Shown piece by piece: positions 50,523 through 60,292 of a stretch of DNA of 64,000 nucleotides (position 1 is the stretch's first letter; each line of letters begins with the position of its first letter). Origin of the DNA: Terriglobales bacterium (lineage in GTDB: Bacteria; Acidobacteriota; Terriglobia; Terriglobales; Acidobacteriaceae); NCBI GenBank assembly GCA_963738095.1, contig CAVTVL010000009.1, forward strand, positions 18,124 to 82,123, read 5' to 3'. Made by a program: the position numbers and the translations under genes. The notes below the pieces were generated by a model that worked only from the letters and a program-made list of their open reading frames with translations, ran no database searches and was not told the origin of the DNA.

Positions 50523-52007
50523 TCAGGCCCCCGCGAGCCAGGTTACAGTCTTCGTGCCCGATTCAGGTCGTGCTGTTCGCGATGGAGTGAGATTGTACTG
50601 CTTGATCTTGTACAACAGAGCCTTATAACTGATTTCCAGATCGTTGGCCGCCGCTTTGCGGTTCCAGCCCGAGCGCTCCAACGACTTTGCGATCGCGGCA
50701 GCTTCCGCACTGCCCTTCACGTTTCGCACCAGATGCTTCAGACTCTTGTTTTCGCCTGGGCGTTCCGCGACAGAGTCTAATGACCCCGTACCGTGCCAGG
50801 GGCTGAGGCCTTTCATGATTGCCTGCTCGTCGGCCAGTACGAGATAGCGCTTGATCGTATTCTCGAGTTCACGAAGATTGCCCGGCCATGTGTGACTGGT
50901 GAGAGCCTGCATCAAGCCAGGAGAAATGGGCAAGGCGTCGCACTTATACTTTGCTGCCACTTTGCGCATGAAGTGCTGGCAAAGGATCGGGACCTCCTCA
51001 ATACGCTCACGCAGCGGCGGCATCTCGAGGGTGAATCCATTCAGGCGGTAGTAGAGGTCCTCACGAAATGTCTTTTGAGCAATGGCCTGTTTGATGTCGA
51101 TGTTGGTCGCTGCAATCACACGCACGTCCACTCTGACGCTGGCGCGGCCGCCCAGGCGCGCGAAGCTCCCATCCTGCAGAACCTGTAGCAGCTTGGCCTG
51201 CAGAGCGGGCGGCATTTCCCCGATTTCGTCTAATAAGATTGTGCCCTTATCACAGATCTCAAACTTACCGGGCTTGGACTTGACAGCGCCGGTGAAGGCG
51301 CCTTGCTCGTACCCGAAGAGTTCGCTTTCGAGCAGGTCGGCAGGCATCGCCGCACAATTCACCTTCAGGAAACTGCGCTGCCCCCGAGCCGACATCTTGT
51401 GGATCAACATGGCCGCGACTTCTTTGCCGGTGCCACTCTCTCCAAGTATGAGAACGGGGATGTCAGCGCGCGCGACGAGCCTGCATTGGGATTCGATCTC
51501 CCGCATGCGCCTGCTGGATCGGACAAAGGAGGTGTTCTCATCCAGGGGAATCTCGTCGATGTCGTTGCCTGCCAGCTGCTTGTCCGGCTTTTCGAGGCAG
51601 CGCTGCACCGCAAGGTCAATATCTCCCTCTTTAAATGGCTTCAAAATTTGGTCGACCACACCCAGGTTCGCCGCCAGAACCTGGATCAACTCTCCCTCAA
51701 CTGAACACGTGAGGATGACTATGGGAAGCGATGGATTGGACGCATGAATATTCGCGAGCAGGCCGAGGAGACCCTCGTCCGTTTTATCGTCGGCGAAGTT
51801 GCAGTCCACCAGAAGCACATCGGGCTTGGGAGATTCTCTCAGGCTCCGGTTCAGTTGACCCGCATCGTTATACAGGCTTACGCTGAAGCGCCCAGCAAGA
51901 ATCCGTTGCACGGAGTCCAGCACTGCCCGATTGGAGTCTAGGATCGCGATTTGAGGCTTGCTTCCGCGCTGAAGCTTTGGCGGACACACGTCTGGGATGC
52001 TCACCAT
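50523..52007 (-). CDS. Sigma-54-dependent response regulator (NtrC/AtoC-type: receiver, AAA+, Fis HTH)
   Basis: DVLLVD receiver, GESGTGKE, ESELFGYEQGAFTGA, LLDEIGE, FREDLYYRLN, WPGNLREL and C-terminal HTH. Confidence 0.92.
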   Translation of the reverse strand: MVSIPDVCPPKLQRGSKPQIAILDSNRAVLDSVQRILAGRFSVSLYNDAGQLNRSLRESPKPDVLLVDCNFADDKTDEGLLGLLANIHASNPSLPIVILTCSVEGELIQVLAANLGVVDQILKPFKEGDIDLAVQRCLEKPDKQLAGNDIDEIPLDENTSFVRSSRRMREIESQCRLVARADIPVLILGESGTGKEVAAMLIHKMSARGQRSFLKVNCAAMPADLLESELFGYEQGAFTGAVKSKPGKFEICDKGTILLDEIGEMPPALQAKLLQVLQDGSFARLGGRASVRVDVRVIAATNIDIKQAIAQKTFREDLYYRLNGFTLEMPPLRERIEEVPILCQHFMRKVAAKYKCDALPISPGLMQALTSHTWPGNLRELENTIKRYLVLADEQAIMKGLSPWHGTGSLDSVAERPGENKSLKHLVRNVKGSAEAAAIAKSLERSGWNRKAAANDLEISYKALLYKIKQYNLTPSRTARPESGTKTVTWLAGA

Positions 52008-52228
52008 TTCAGTTCCCTTTCTTCCCACAAAAGAATCTGTAAGAGCACAGGGGATAGCACAAGGAAAGATTTAACAAGTTTCCTTGATTTTTCCGGCGAA
52101 CTAGGGTTGAACCGATGGTGAAATCGTTCAGTAGATCAAATTTGTCGTTGCGGAGAAACGCAGAGAGTCCGCCGTGCAAACTGGATTGGAGGTTCGCCCG
52201 GCTTTGAGCGGAACCCCTCATAAGGGGA

Positions 52229-52270
52229 GTGGTACGATATTACCACCGAGCAGTGGTATGTCAATACCCA
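52229..52270 (-). promoter_or_regulatory. Sigma-70-like promoter overlapped by alternating GTGGTA/TACCAC boxes
   Basis: Minus strand TTGACA (52264-52259), 16 nt, then TG-n-TAATAT (52242-52237); hexamer boxes at a 12-bp period. Confidence 0.55.
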
Positions 52271-52493
52271 CAAATGCAAATTTTTGCGCAGCCAATAGAG
52301 CGGGTTGCATTAAGTCCACGTAGGCGAAAGCTATAAATAGTTAGTATCAGATGATATAAATGGTTACTATCATATGAATTGACTGAATTGACGTGTTATT
52401 TTCGTGTAAGTTCCGCTCCCATATCTTAATTGGATGACTCTGGAGAGGAAATTGCAATAAAAGATGACAATCCGACCCTGAATTGGATTGTGA

Positions 52494-53495
52494 ATGCCTG
52501 TATCGCGCGTCTCCGAGTTTGTCGATCTCCGCGATCTCCCGCCGATGGATGTGATCTTCGGACATTCATCCATGATGGCGGCAGCGCGTGCCAAGCTGGA
52601 GCGTGTCGCGAATACGACCGTCCCGGTTCTGCTGCAAGGGGAAAGCGGAACAGGCAAAGAAATCTTTGCCAAGCTCCTGCATGCGCGCTCCGATCGATCG
52701 AAATGCGCCTGGGTTAAGGTGACCTGTCCGGCGATTCCATTTTCTCTCATCGAGTCAGAGCTGTTCGGCTATGAAAAGGGAGCCTTCACCGGGGCGTATG
52801 CAACCAAGCGCGGACGCGTGGAACTTGCGCACCTTGGGACCCTCGTACTCGATGAGGTCGGCGGCCTGGACATGTCAATTCAGGCTAAGTTGTTACAGGT
52901 GCTGCAGGATGGCACGTTCATGCGCGTGGGAGCGCAGGAGTCGAGGAGGGTTAATACACGACTTGTCTGTACAGCCAATGGGGACCTTCGGCAAAGCGCT
53001 GAGGATGGAAGCATCCGGCTGGACTTCTTCTTTCGCATCAACGCTGTGACCATCGATCTGCCGCCATTGCGTCAACGGGCCGCGGATATACCGATGCTGG
53101 TCGACTACTTTCTCCATCTGCATTCGAAAGCCTACCATGTCGAGCCGAAGCCGCTTTCGCGCGAAATAACAAGCATGATGCAGCGATGCGCCTGGCCAGG
53201 AAACATTCGTCAATTGGAGAACATGATTCGTGGCTACGTCCTGATTGGCAACGAAGACGCGCTGGCGTTGGATCTGGCTCCGGCTCCTCCGGCCGAGATC
53301 ATTCCCGAGATTGATCTGGCCAACCCCATCTCTTTGAAGGAAATTACCAAGGCCGCCAGGCAGGGTTTAGAGCGAGAGATCATTCTCAAGGTACTGCAGG
53401 TGAATGGCTGGAGCCGCCGCAAAACGGCCAAGTGGCTCAATATCAGTTACAGATCGCTTCTCTATAAGCTGCAGGAGTTGAAGGTCCACACATAA
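52494..53495 (+). CDS. Sigma-54 enhancer-binding protein without a sensory domain (AAA+ and HTH)
   Basis: GESGTGKE, ESELFGYEKGAFTGA, VLDEV, WPGNIRQL and HTH; N-terminal extension of only about 20 aa. Confidence 0.9.
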   Translation: MPVSRVSEFVDLRDLPPMDVIFGHSSMMAAARAKLERVANTTVPVLLQGESGTGKEIFAKLLHARSDRSKCAWVKVTCPAIPFSLIESELFGYEKGAFTGAYATKRGRVELAHLGTLVLDEVGGLDMSIQAKLLQVLQDGTFMRVGAQESRRVNTRLVCTANGDLRQSAEDGSIRLDFFFRINAVTIDLPPLRQRAADIPMLVDYFLHLHSKAYHVEPKPLSREITSMMQRCAWPGNIRQLENMIRGYVLIGNEDALALDLAPAPPAEIIPEIDLANPISLKEITKAARQGLEREIILKVLQVNGWSRRKTAKWLNISYRSLLYKLQELKVHT

Positions 53496-53518
53496 GCTGC
53501 AGGAGTTGAGGTCCACAC
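53464..53518 (+). repeat. 28/27-bp tandem duplication spanning the regulator stop codon
   Basis: ATAAGCTGCAGGAGTTGAAGGTCCACAC followed by ATAAGCTGCAGGAGTTGAGGTCCACAC. Confidence 0.9.
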
Positions 53519-53967
53519 GCTTTCCCCGTCCGGCCACCAATGAACAAATCCTGAAGCCCGCTCAAAGTGATCATATGCTGACGGCGGCAGTGTGAAGCGT
53601 TACGTGGACGCTGGGTTCGTCTCCGGCCGAGAGCACCGAACACGATGGATGGATCTTACGCTGCACCTTCCGCAGCACCCTCCAGGACATTTCGCGAACG
53701 ATCCAGAAGAACATCGACCACCCGGCTTCGAGCCTCCCGTTTCGCGGACGTCAGAGCCTTTGTGTAAATGTTCATCGTCGTGGAGATGTTGGCGTTGCGC
53801 TCGGCGAGGCCCTCAACCTCGTGTGCGCCAAGTACAAAGTCCCGCAGCCGTACAGCGAGGAGGCGTGATGGGTGATGAGAGCAAGGGCATGTTTGTGAAG
53901 AACAACGGCAAGGAGCCGAACAAATGGCCGCAAGTTCACTTTGCGACTGTGAGCGCCTCGGAGGAAT

Positions 53968-54186
53968 TTATCGAGGTGTTTTCCAGGGAGCTTCTGGAAC
54001 TCCTCCAAAATTCAGCATGCCCATCAGGCCAGCGAAGCCGAACCCCAAAAACATGCCTGAAACGACGAGTTTCAGGACATCGGGGACGTGCAGCGCCTCT
54101 ACACGCGGATTGCCCAGAATCATCAGGAGAAACGTCGCTCCCATCAGCGCCGCCACTAAACCGGTAACCCGGCTGCTTTTCTTCAT
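53968..54186 (-). CDS. Small two-TM hypothetical protein
   Basis: GGAGGAG RBS before MKKSSRVTG, two hydrophobic segments, 72 aa. Confidence 0.5.
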   Translation of the reverse strand: MKKSSRVTGLVAALMGATFLLMILGNPRVEALHVPDVLKLVVSGMFLGFGFAGLMGMLNFGGVPEAPWKTPR

Positions 54187-54433
54187 GCACTCTCCTCCGG
54201 CCCACATCCCGGCCCCGAATCATTGTGACAGGAAAGCCGGGATCGTTTCATCCCAGCCTGCTAGGTGGAATGTGACCGGCGAGGAAGGCCCGACAGTGAA
54301 TGCGAGCGCTCACTTTTCGCTGAAGAGCAGCGCCAGCGACAGGGCCCCATACCCCATGCCGACGATGCGATGCGGGCTTCGCCGGTTTCGATCTTAAGCA
54401 TGGTTTCTGCCGTTCTGTGCAACGATCAGAAAT

Positions 54434-55405
54434 TCATCTCAGACTCCCAGTGTGAGTAATTTGGGTCTCAGCGACCGACTTGTACCAGGCAACTGTGCGC
54501 TCGATGCCCTCGCGGAAACCGACGAGCGGCTCGTATTCAAAACATTCCTTTGCCCGGCTGATATCGGCAAGTGAATGCTTCACATCGCCCCTGCGCTCCG
54601 CAGCGTACCCTACTTCCCCTGTGTACCCGGTGGCGCGCCGCAGTATTTCGACTGCCTGGTTCAGTGTCACTCGAATCCCTGTAGCTACGTTGAAGACCTT
54701 ACCGGATACTCGCTCAGCAGGGGCCTCAGAAGCCAACAGATTGGCGTGAACCACGTTTTGAATGAAGGTAAAGTCTCGACTCTGCTCCCCATCTCCATAG
54801 ATAGTGGGAGTTTCGCCGGCCAGCATCTGCATGGTAAATCTGGCTAAAATTCCGGAGTACTGAGAAGTTGGATCTTGCCAAGGGCCGAAGACATTGAAAT
54901 AGCGGATGGTCACGGTCTCCAGACCGTACACCCTGGTGAAGGACTGCATATAGAGTTCGCCGGCCAGTTTGGCTACCGCGTAAGGAGAGATAGGACTGGG
55001 CTGCATCTGCTCTGATTTTGGCAAGACGGCGGTGTTGCCGTACACTGACGATGAACCGGCATAAACGACCCGTCGCACCAATGCCTTCTGTGCTGCAACC
55101 AGCAACTGAACGGTTCCCGAGACTCCAGCGCGGTCTACGGCTACCGGATCCTCAATGGAGCGCGGCACGGATGTGATCGCTGCTTCGTGAAAGATACACT
55201 CGATCCCGCTACAAGCCTTGGCCACTGCTGCGGCATCGTTAATATCGGCCTCAATAAAGTCCATCGCCTCTAGCCCGAGCAGATTCTCGCGCTTTCCGGT
55301 GATGAAGTTGTCGATACCGCGGACTTTCTTGCCTCGCGACAGAAGTTCCTTGGCAATCGACCTGCCAATAAAACCTGCTACGCCCGTAACTAAGTACCTT
55401 TCCAT
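54434..55405 (-). CDS. NAD-dependent UDP-sugar 4-epimerase (GalE/WbpP-like SDR)
   Basis: TGVAGFIG, SVPRSIEDP, SPYAVAK, RYFNVFGP and GDGEQSRDFT motifs. Confidence 0.9.
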   Translation of the reverse strand: MERYLVTGVAGFIGRSIAKELLSRGKKVRGIDNFITGKRENLLGLEAMDFIEADINDAAAVAKACSGIECIFHEAAITSVPRSIEDPVAVDRAGVSGTVQLLVAAQKALVRRVVYAGSSSVYGNTAVLPKSEQMQPSPISPYAVAKLAGELYMQSFTRVYGLETVTIRYFNVFGPWQDPTSQYSGILARFTMQMLAGETPTIYGDGEQSRDFTFIQNVVHANLLASEAPAERVSGKVFNVATGIRVTLNQAVEILRRATGYTGEVGYAAERRGDVKHSLADISRAKECFEYEPLVGFREGIERTVAWYKSVAETQITHTGSLR

Positions 55406-55519
55406 TTCATCCTTTCAAAAGGCGAATACCTTTTATTCCGTATCTCCGCAATCGAAGCACCGAACTTTCCTGTGAAGGCCAGCTTTCCGCTTCCATCAAG
55501 GATCTCCCGATGCGAGTTG

Positions 55520-56893
55520 TCACTGGCCGCCCCGTCCCAGCACGATCGTCTTGATGGTCTCGAAAAGAATGAGCAAGTAAAGACCTATCGACACGTGCTT
55601 GATGTAGTAGAGATCGTATTCAAGTTTTCGCTTTGTTTCTTCGAGGCTCGCGCCGTATTGATATCGAACCTGCGCCCAACCCGTGATCCCCGGGCGCACC
55701 ATGTGCCGGAGCTCATAGAAAGGAATTTCTCTGGCGAGCCACTGCACAAACTCGGGTCGCTCCGGACGGGGACCGACAAGTCCCATTTCTCCACGGAGGA
55801 CGTTCCAAAGCTGTGGAATCTCGTCGAGGCGAGTCTTGCGCATGACTTTGCCAAGCGGAGTGACGCGAGAGTCGTTCCTGGTCGCCCACACAGCGCCATT
55901 TCTTTCTGCGTCCTGCCGCATGGTGCGGAATTTGAGCAGAGAAAAAGGCCGTCCCCCTAGTCCTACACGAGTCTGGCGGAAAAAAATGGGACCAGGTGAA
56001 GACAGACGAACGGCCAAAATGATGAATGGAATCAGCGGCAAGCAAAGCGTCAACCCCACAAAAGAGAACATGGTGGAGATCAGACGCCATATCAGCTGAT
56101 GCGATGCCTTTACGTTGAAACCCTGAGTGAAGATGAGGCTGCTGGGATTGAGGCCGTCCAGCGGCAGTCTGCCCAAGAGGCGTTCCATAATTACGCTTGA
56201 ATCTTCAACCACAACCCCACGGAGCCGAAGATCAAGGAGTTCACGAAGCGGCATCGATCCGCGCCGCTCTTCCATGGCAACGATTACGCGGTCAATGCAG
56301 GTCTTCGGTTCGGAAAAGGCACGCAGGTCTGCCGCAAAGCGTTCGAGATCCCCGTTGAACGCACCCTGGCTCTTCCCATCGACGACCTCCATGCCGGCAT
56401 CGCGTCTGGCGCGCAGAGTCTTGACAACGGCGTGCGCCCGCTCGCCGCTACCCAGCACATAGACGCGTTCGCGGAATATCGAAAGGCCAATGATCGCCTC
56501 ATAAGCTGACCGCCAGACGACTAGGATAATAGCGAGGATAAAGGCGCCGACTAGAATAACATCGGGAGCTATGCTTATTACAGGATACAGATACAGTAGT
56601 GCTGCGAGAACAAAAGACAAAACGGCAAGAACCAGCAGGAGCCGGAAGTAGATTTCCCAACGTCCTGAGACGCGTTGCGGCTCATAGAGATCAAAGTAGT
56701 ACGTGAGAAGCAGGGTTAGAACTGTAATGCCTGCAATCTTCAGGATGCCGTTTTGGTAAATCAAAACAATATACGAATCCGGCCCAGCGAGGTATGCGGT
56801 GGCGAGCAGAAATGAGCCACTCACGAGGAGCGCTTCGCAAAGAAGCAGCACTAGGGCCCGGGTCGGATAGAAAATCTTGAATAGTCCCATCAT
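55520..56893 (-). CDS. Priming sugar transferase of exosortase/PEP-CTERM-type EPS locus
   Basis: KFRTM, RKTRLDEIPQL, LVGPRPERP and YGASLEETKRKLEYDLYYIKH motifs. Confidence 0.9.
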   Translation of the reverse strand: MMGLFKIFYPTRALVLLLCEALLVSGSFLLATAYLAGPDSYIVLIYQNGILKIAGITVLTLLLTYYFDLYEPQRVSGRWEIYFRLLLVLAVLSFVLAALLYLYPVISIAPDVILVGAFILAIILVVWRSAYEAIIGLSIFRERVYVLGSGERAHAVVKTLRARRDAGMEVVDGKSQGAFNGDLERFAADLRAFSEPKTCIDRVIVAMEERRGSMPLRELLDLRLRGVVVEDSSVIMERLLGRLPLDGLNPSSLIFTQGFNVKASHQLIWRLISTMFSFVGLTLCLPLIPFIILAVRLSSPGPIFFRQTRVGLGGRPFSLLKFRTMRQDAERNGAVWATRNDSRVTPLGKVMRKTRLDEIPQLWNVLRGEMGLVGPRPERPEFVQWLAREIPFYELRHMVRPGITGWAQVRYQYGASLEETKRKLEYDLYYIKHVSIGLYLLILFETIKTIVLGRGGQ

Positions 56894-56905
56894 TTCCGCC
56901 GACCC

Positions 56906-57814
56906 TTAGCGTCCTTGCGCTCGACCGGTGCCTTCTGACACGCTGCCGTAGTAATAGTCGTAGTTGTACTCTCCTTTGCGTGGAGCATCCGTAACGGCAT
57001 TGAGCACAAAGCCGAGTATGCGCGAATTGCTGAAGGCGGCCTGGGTGCGCTGAGCTACGCTGTAAGGCGTGCTTGCACCACGCGCGATGAGCAAAACTGC
57101 ATCTGCTGCGCGGGCAAGGTCCACCGCGTCGGTCACCGCCAGCACCGGAGGGGAATCAATCAGAATCCAATTAAAGTGCGGTGAAACAGTCGCAATCAGT
57201 TCTTCGATACGGTGATTGGCCACCAGCTCGGAAGAGTTGTCGCTGGGCTTGCCAGAAGGGATAAAGGTGAGGTTGGAACTGATGTCAGCGCCGGCGTCCG
57301 CTGCAGTTTCAGGACTACGGTAACGCTGCATGACGTCAATCAAATCAACGGTGCCTGCCAAATAATCCGATAGTCCTGGAACATCGGGGGCGCCGAGCAG
57401 ATCATGAAGCGTAGGACGACGTAGATCGGCGTCGATGAGCAGAATGTTATTAACACTGTTGCGCGTCATGCTCATGGCCAAATTCGCCGCGACAAAACTC
57501 TTTCCTTCCGAAGGCATCCCGCTGGCCATAAGAATCGTCTTCAAAGGAGCCTCAGATTGAGCCTGGTAAACGTGCGAGCGGAGGCGGCGAAACTGCTCGA
57601 CGCCTGCGCCGCGATCTGTGAGCGTAGGAAAGGCAGCGATAAATGGCTTCCACGGATGCCGGGCAATGTTTTCTAAAACGAATTCGGCCTTGACGGTCGA
57701 CGGCTCCTCAGCAATGGGAGTAATTATCGGCTCGGCAACCTGATTGTTTTCTGCCACGGGCAGTGTTCCGCGCTCGCGATATGCCCTCTCAAGTGCATCG
57801 TGTATGCGGCTCAT
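56906..57814 (-). CDS. CpsD/CapB-family stand-alone tyrosine kinase
   Basis: MSRIHDAL N-terminus, PSEGKSF, LLIDADLRRP, LIDSPP and Tyr-rich tail YNYDYYY. Confidence 0.9.
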   Translation of the reverse strand: MSRIHDALERAYRERGTLPVAENNQVAEPIITPIAEEPSTVKAEFVLENIARHPWKPFIAAFPTLTDRGAGVEQFRRLRSHVYQAQSEAPLKTILMASGMPSEGKSFVAANLAMSMTRNSVNNILLIDADLRRPTLHDLLGAPDVPGLSDYLAGTVDLIDVMQRYRSPETAADAGADISSNLTFIPSGKPSDNSSELVANHRIEELIATVSPHFNWILIDSPPVLAVTDAVDLARAADAVLLIARGASTPYSVAQRTQAAFSNSRILGFVLNAVTDAPRKGEYNYDYYYGSVSEGTGRAQGR

Positions 57815-57817
57815 AGC

Positions 57818-58744
57818 TCAACTTTCCTCTTTGGAATCGACGGAATCTGGGACGGAGTTGATGGTGCTGGATATTACGGTTGGCAAAGAATCCTGGGCCA
57901 GCCCCGACATGGCCATCGGCGAGATTACAAATGGCTGCTGGGCCAGATCGAGTTCGACGCTAACCGACTCCACGATGTGGGCAGGGACAGGCTTGATCTG
58001 CTCGACATAGGCTCTGATCAGTGCATGCTCGCAAACGAGATTGATGAGACGGGGAATCCCCTTGGAACAGCGATGAATAACCTGCACAGCTTCTGGCGAA
58101 AATACGGGCTGGCTGGCGCCAGCGATTTGCAGTCTTTTGGCGATGTACCCCGCGGTCTCCTCGCTGGTCAGCGGCCGCGTTCTGCACCACAGCGCAATGC
58201 GCTGACGAAGCTGGCGAACGCAGGGGTTACGAAGCTTTTCTTCGAGTTCCGGCTGGCCGGACAGTACAATCTGCAGCAATTTTTCCCGCGAGGTTTCGAA
58301 ATTCGTGAGCAATCGAATCTCTTCAAGGAGTTCCCACGAGAGGTGCTGCGCCTCATCGATCACGATGGCGCACAATTCCCCGTTGCGGAAACGGTCGATG
58401 AGCCAGGAATTGAGCTGCAGCAGCATGCCGGACTTTGTTCGCGTGGCGCACGGAATACCAAAGTCCGCGAACACACATTCGAGGAAATCGAGCACATCGA
58501 GGCGCGGATTAAACACAAAGGCTGTCGCAATGCGCTGGCCGGCGAAAGAGCTGAGGACGGTTTTGAGGAGAGTTGTTTTTCCTGTCCCTACTTCTCCCGT
58601 CATCACGACAAAGCCCTTGCGTGCCGCAATGCCGTATTGCAGGCATGCAAGAGCTTCCTGAATCTGCGGCATCAAGTATAGAAACCGCGGATCGGGACAT
58701 GCCCCGAAAGGTAAGTCGTTCATGCCGAAGAAGTATTTGTACAT
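57818..58744 (-). CDS. ExeA-like AAA ATPase of exosortase-associated loci
   Basis: PF...PDPRFLY, TGEVGTGKTT, IDEAQHL, LLQIVLSGQPEL and GIPRLINLVC motifs. Confidence 0.9.
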   Translation of the reverse strand: MYKYFFGMNDLPFGACPDPRFLYLMPQIQEALACLQYGIAARKGFVVMTGEVGTGKTTLLKTVLSSFAGQRIATAFVFNPRLDVLDFLECVFADFGIPCATRTKSGMLLQLNSWLIDRFRNGELCAIVIDEAQHLSWELLEEIRLLTNFETSREKLLQIVLSGQPELEEKLRNPCVRQLRQRIALWCRTRPLTSEETAGYIAKRLQIAGASQPVFSPEAVQVIHRCSKGIPRLINLVCEHALIRAYVEQIKPVPAHIVESVSVELDLAQQPFVISPMAMSGLAQDSLPTVISSTINSVPDSVDSKEES

Positions 58745-58746
58745 GG

Positions 58747-60276
58747 TTATTCGAGCGCGCTTTCAACGGGCTTATTGGTTCGTGAGAAAAGCTTCCACCA
58801 GCTGCGAGGTTTAGCAGGCCGTGGAAGGCCTTCAATGCGGGAAATCACAGCCAGCGTTGGCAAGTTTGTGAAGGCCCAGATGTCCCCCTCGACGCGCAGG
58901 GAGGTGTCGCGATACTCCAGCAACGTTGCAAGAAGCAGACCCAGAAACAGGCCGCCTGCAAAGCCGACACCCGCGAAAACAGCTGGGTTCGGGAATGTGG
59001 GCGCATCCGGAAGATTGGGAGCATCCAAGACACGGAACTGCTCGCCCTGCTGGCGCTGTTCAAGAGCGGTTGCCATGGACGATTCGTCTACTTTTTTAAG
59101 CAGAGAGTTGTAAAACTCCAAAGCAGTCTCATGGTCGCGGGTGAGTTGCTTGAACTGTGCAGCGACCTGCGGACTCGACTGAAGCCGCGACTCGTAAGTG
59201 CCAACCTGTTGCTCGATCCGAGACTGCTCCTCCTTTGCGGAGGCCATGGACACCTGCGCCGCGTGAAGCTGCGCCCTAAGCTGTTGGAGCTGCGGCGAGT
59301 CTGGCCGCCTGGCGGTAGATGCCACCGCGGCCGAAGTGGGAGCCGGCTCAGCCGAGGCGTGCGCGATCTCAGCCTGCAAATCGGCAATCTTACCCGAAAT
59401 CGCGACAACATCGGGATAGTCGGGCGTGTAGAGCGTTTCCAACGCCTGCTTCTGCTTAATAAGAGCCTTGAGTTCTGTTTTGCGCTCATCCACTGACACA
59501 CCGTTGGGCTCGGTGCTTTCGAGATCATGCGTTTGCTGCGTGACCATAGTCTGGAGAAAGGTTACATCCTGCTGCGTCCGAGCCAGCGACTGGGTCGCGG
59601 CGTCAAGTTGGGTTGTGAGTGCCTGAAGCGTGTTCAGAGCGGCGGGCGCCTGTTCGGGGAGCATGCCGAAAAACTTTTGCTCGAATGCTGCGAGTTTGGC
59701 ATCCTGATCGTCAAGCTTCGCCTTTGCGTCGGCTAGTTGCTGCTTTAGAAAGGCCGTCGTACCCTCGGCAGACTGCTCGCGCACATTCAGGTTCTCGCTG
59801 ACGAAGAGTGAGGTGATCTCGCCACATACCTGTTGGGCTATACGCGCATTCTGTGCATTGAAGGTGATTGAGAAGCCCGGCATCCCATGCCCCGACGCGC
59901 CAGAGGTGATCGGCATTGGCGCAACGCCAATCGCCTTCTGCGTCATTTCGACACGGTCGTCCATGGTGGTGCCGCGGCCGGCGAACAAATTGAATTTCTC
60001 GATGATCGGCTCAAGCCGTGAGCGGCTTAGGATCTGTTCCCTCATCGATGCCAGGCGCAAAGCGAGATCTTCAGTGATGACGGGCGCCACATAGTTTGCT
60101 GGAACCTGTTGCTGTTCGACAAGCACGAGCGTCTGCGATATATAACTGGGAGGAATGATGTATGTGAGGCCGATGCCAACCCCGAGGAAAAGGATCGCAG
60201 AAGCCAGAATGAGCCAAAATCGCCGCTTTAATATTCCAGCGTAGTCCTGCATGTTCAGTTTACGATGTCCCAGCAT
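58747..60276 (-). CDS. Polysaccharide chain-length determinant (Wzz/GumC-type, no kinase domain)
   Basis: N- and C-terminal TM segments, EQILSRSRLEPII, coiled-coil and QQGEQFRVLDAPNLP. Confidence 0.88.
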   Translation of the reverse strand: MLGHRKLNMQDYAGILKRRFWLILASAILFLGVGIGLTYIIPPSYISQTLVLVEQQQVPANYVAPVITEDLALRLASMREQILSRSRLEPIIEKFNLFAGRGTTMDDRVEMTQKAIGVAPMPITSGASGHGMPGFSITFNAQNARIAQQVCGEITSLFVSENLNVREQSAEGTTAFLKQQLADAKAKLDDQDAKLAAFEQKFFGMLPEQAPAALNTLQALTTQLDAATQSLARTQQDVTFLQTMVTQQTHDLESTEPNGVSVDERKTELKALIKQKQALETLYTPDYPDVVAISGKIADLQAEIAHASAEPAPTSAAVASTARRPDSPQLQQLRAQLHAAQVSMASAKEEQSRIEQQVGTYESRLQSSPQVAAQFKQLTRDHETALEFYNSLLKKVDESSMATALEQRQQGEQFRVLDAPNLPDAPTFPNPAVFAGVGFAGGLFLGLLLATLLEYRDTSLRVEGDIWAFTNLPTLAVISRIEGLPRPAKPRSWWKLFSRTNKPVESALE

Positions 60277-60292
60277 ACGACTCCTTAAGTGA

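Noticed and set aside
50268-50780. 170-aa plus-strand ORF
   Set aside because: Half overlaps the NtrC-type gene antisense; no family features.
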